Under the pieces are notes generated by a model. The model had not been told where the DNA came from and ran no database searches. It saw only the letters and a list, made by a program, of their open reading frames with translations. A stretch of 6,692 bases of DNA, taken from a virus (taxonomy: Duplodnaviria > Heunggongvirae > Uroviricota > Caudoviricetes). The stretch is from the IMG/VR virus record IMGVR_UViG_2537562194_000022, positions 1 through 6,692 of that record; one strand, 5' to 3'. Shown here piece by piece: positions 5,907 to 6,692 of the stretch. The translations under genes and the position numbers were made by a program. Numbering within the stretch: the first letter of the stretch is position 1; each line of letters opens with the position of its first letter.

Positions 5907-6604
5907 TGCAGGATATTCGCGAAGAAAGTCTGAACGAGTCGGTTAAGTCAGAGCAGTCACCGCGGGTGGTACTCTGGGAAATCGACCTGACGGTACAGGG
6001 TGGTGAGCGGTATTTTTTCTGTAATGAGCTGAATGAAAAAGGGGAGCCGGTCACCTGGCAGGGGCGTAAGTATGAGGCATACCCGATTGACGGCAGCGGC
6101 TTTGAGATGAACGGCCGGGGCAGCAGTGCCCGCCCGTCGCTGACGGTGTCCAATCTGTTTGGCCTTGTCACCGGGATGGCGGAGGACCTGCAGAGTCTGG
6201 TGGGGGCCACGGTGGTCCGCCGCCGGGTGTATGCCCGTTTTCTGGATGCGGTGAATTTCGTTGCGGGCAATCCGGAAGCGGACCCGGAGCAGGAGCTGAG
6301 CGACCGCTGGGTGGTGGAGCAGATGTCGCAGCTGACAGCCATGACGGCCTCGTTTGTGCTGGCTACACCGACCGAGACGGATGGGGCGCTGTTTCCCGGT
6401 CGCATCATGCTGGCGAACACCTGTATGTGGGATTACCGGGGAGATGAATGCGGGTATAACGGTCCTGCGGTGGCGGATGAGTTCGACAACCCCACCACGG
6501 ATATCCGGAAGGACAGATGCAGCAAGTGCATGCGCGGGTGTGAGATGCGCGGCATGGTGGCTAATTTTGGCGGTTTCCTTTCCATTAATAAACTTTCGCA
6601 GTAA
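5906..6604 (+). CDS. L: Minor tail protein L (lambda gpL-like)
   Basis: ATG overlaps the M stop (TGATG). 232 aa, as for lambda gpL. MQDIREESLNE...VVLWEIDLT...GGERYFFCNE...GEPVTWQGR...FGGFLSINKLSQ is collinear with lambda gpL along its length. Confidence 0.92.
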   Translation: MQDIREESLNESVKSEQSPRVVLWEIDLTVQGGERYFFCNELNEKGEPVTWQGRKYEAYPIDGSGFEMNGRGSSARPSLTVSNLFGLVTGMAEDLQSLVGATVVRRRVYARFLDAVNFVAGNPEADPEQELSDRWVVEQMSQLTAMTASFVLATPTETDGALFPGRIMLANTCMWDYRGDECGYNGPAVADEFDNPTTDIRKDRCSKCMRGCEMRGMVANFGGFLSINKLSQ

Positions 6605-6614
6605 ATCCTGTTTT

Positions 6615-6692
6615 ATGACACAGACTGAATCAGCGATTCTGGTGCATGCCCGGCGGTGTGCGCCTGCGGAGTCGTGCGGCTTCGTGATAGGC
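6615..6692 (+). CDS. K: Tail assembly protein K (lambda gpK-like), N-terminal 26 codons; continues beyond the window
   Basis: ATG at 6615, 10 bp after the L stop. MTQTESAILVHARRCAPAESCGFVIG matches the lambda gpK N-terminus. Confidence 0.85.
   Translation, partial: MTQTESAILVHARRCAPAESCGFVIG

Noticed and set aside
5875-6420. Minus-strand ORF 5875..6420 (181 aa), antisense to L
   Set aside because: The L frame matches lambda gpL along its whole length. The antisense ORF is Ser/Arg/Thr-rich and low-complexity.

Overview
This window reads as a degraded lambdoid prophage from an enterobacterial (E. coli-like) genome, with an IS91-type insertion sequence sitting at a deletion joint. Left to right: the 3' end of a TerB-like gene (1-189) whose stop overlaps the start of an unlisted 43-codon hydrophobic ORF (186-317); a 440-bp structured non-coding region with two intrinsic terminators, GC-rich hairpins and a 13-bp perfect inverted repeat; a DUF1737/SGNH sialate O-acetylesterase gene of the NanS-p type (760-2253) that appears frame-shifted near its 3' end and is then cut off; an 1830-bp IS91-like element on the minus strand (2372-4201; ORF121 plus HUH rolling-circle transposase); then the distal tail module on the plus strand: the C-terminal half of a tape-measure protein (gpH-like, 5'-truncated at the IS), gpM-like, gpL-like and the start of gpK-like. 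Lysis, packaging, head and proximal tail genes that normally lie between these two blocks are absent. I did not find a clear novel multi-gene system; the most open candidate is the TerB-like/small membrane ORF pair and the structured leader before the esterase gene. All identifications rest on motifs and recalled protein sequences, not on database searches.
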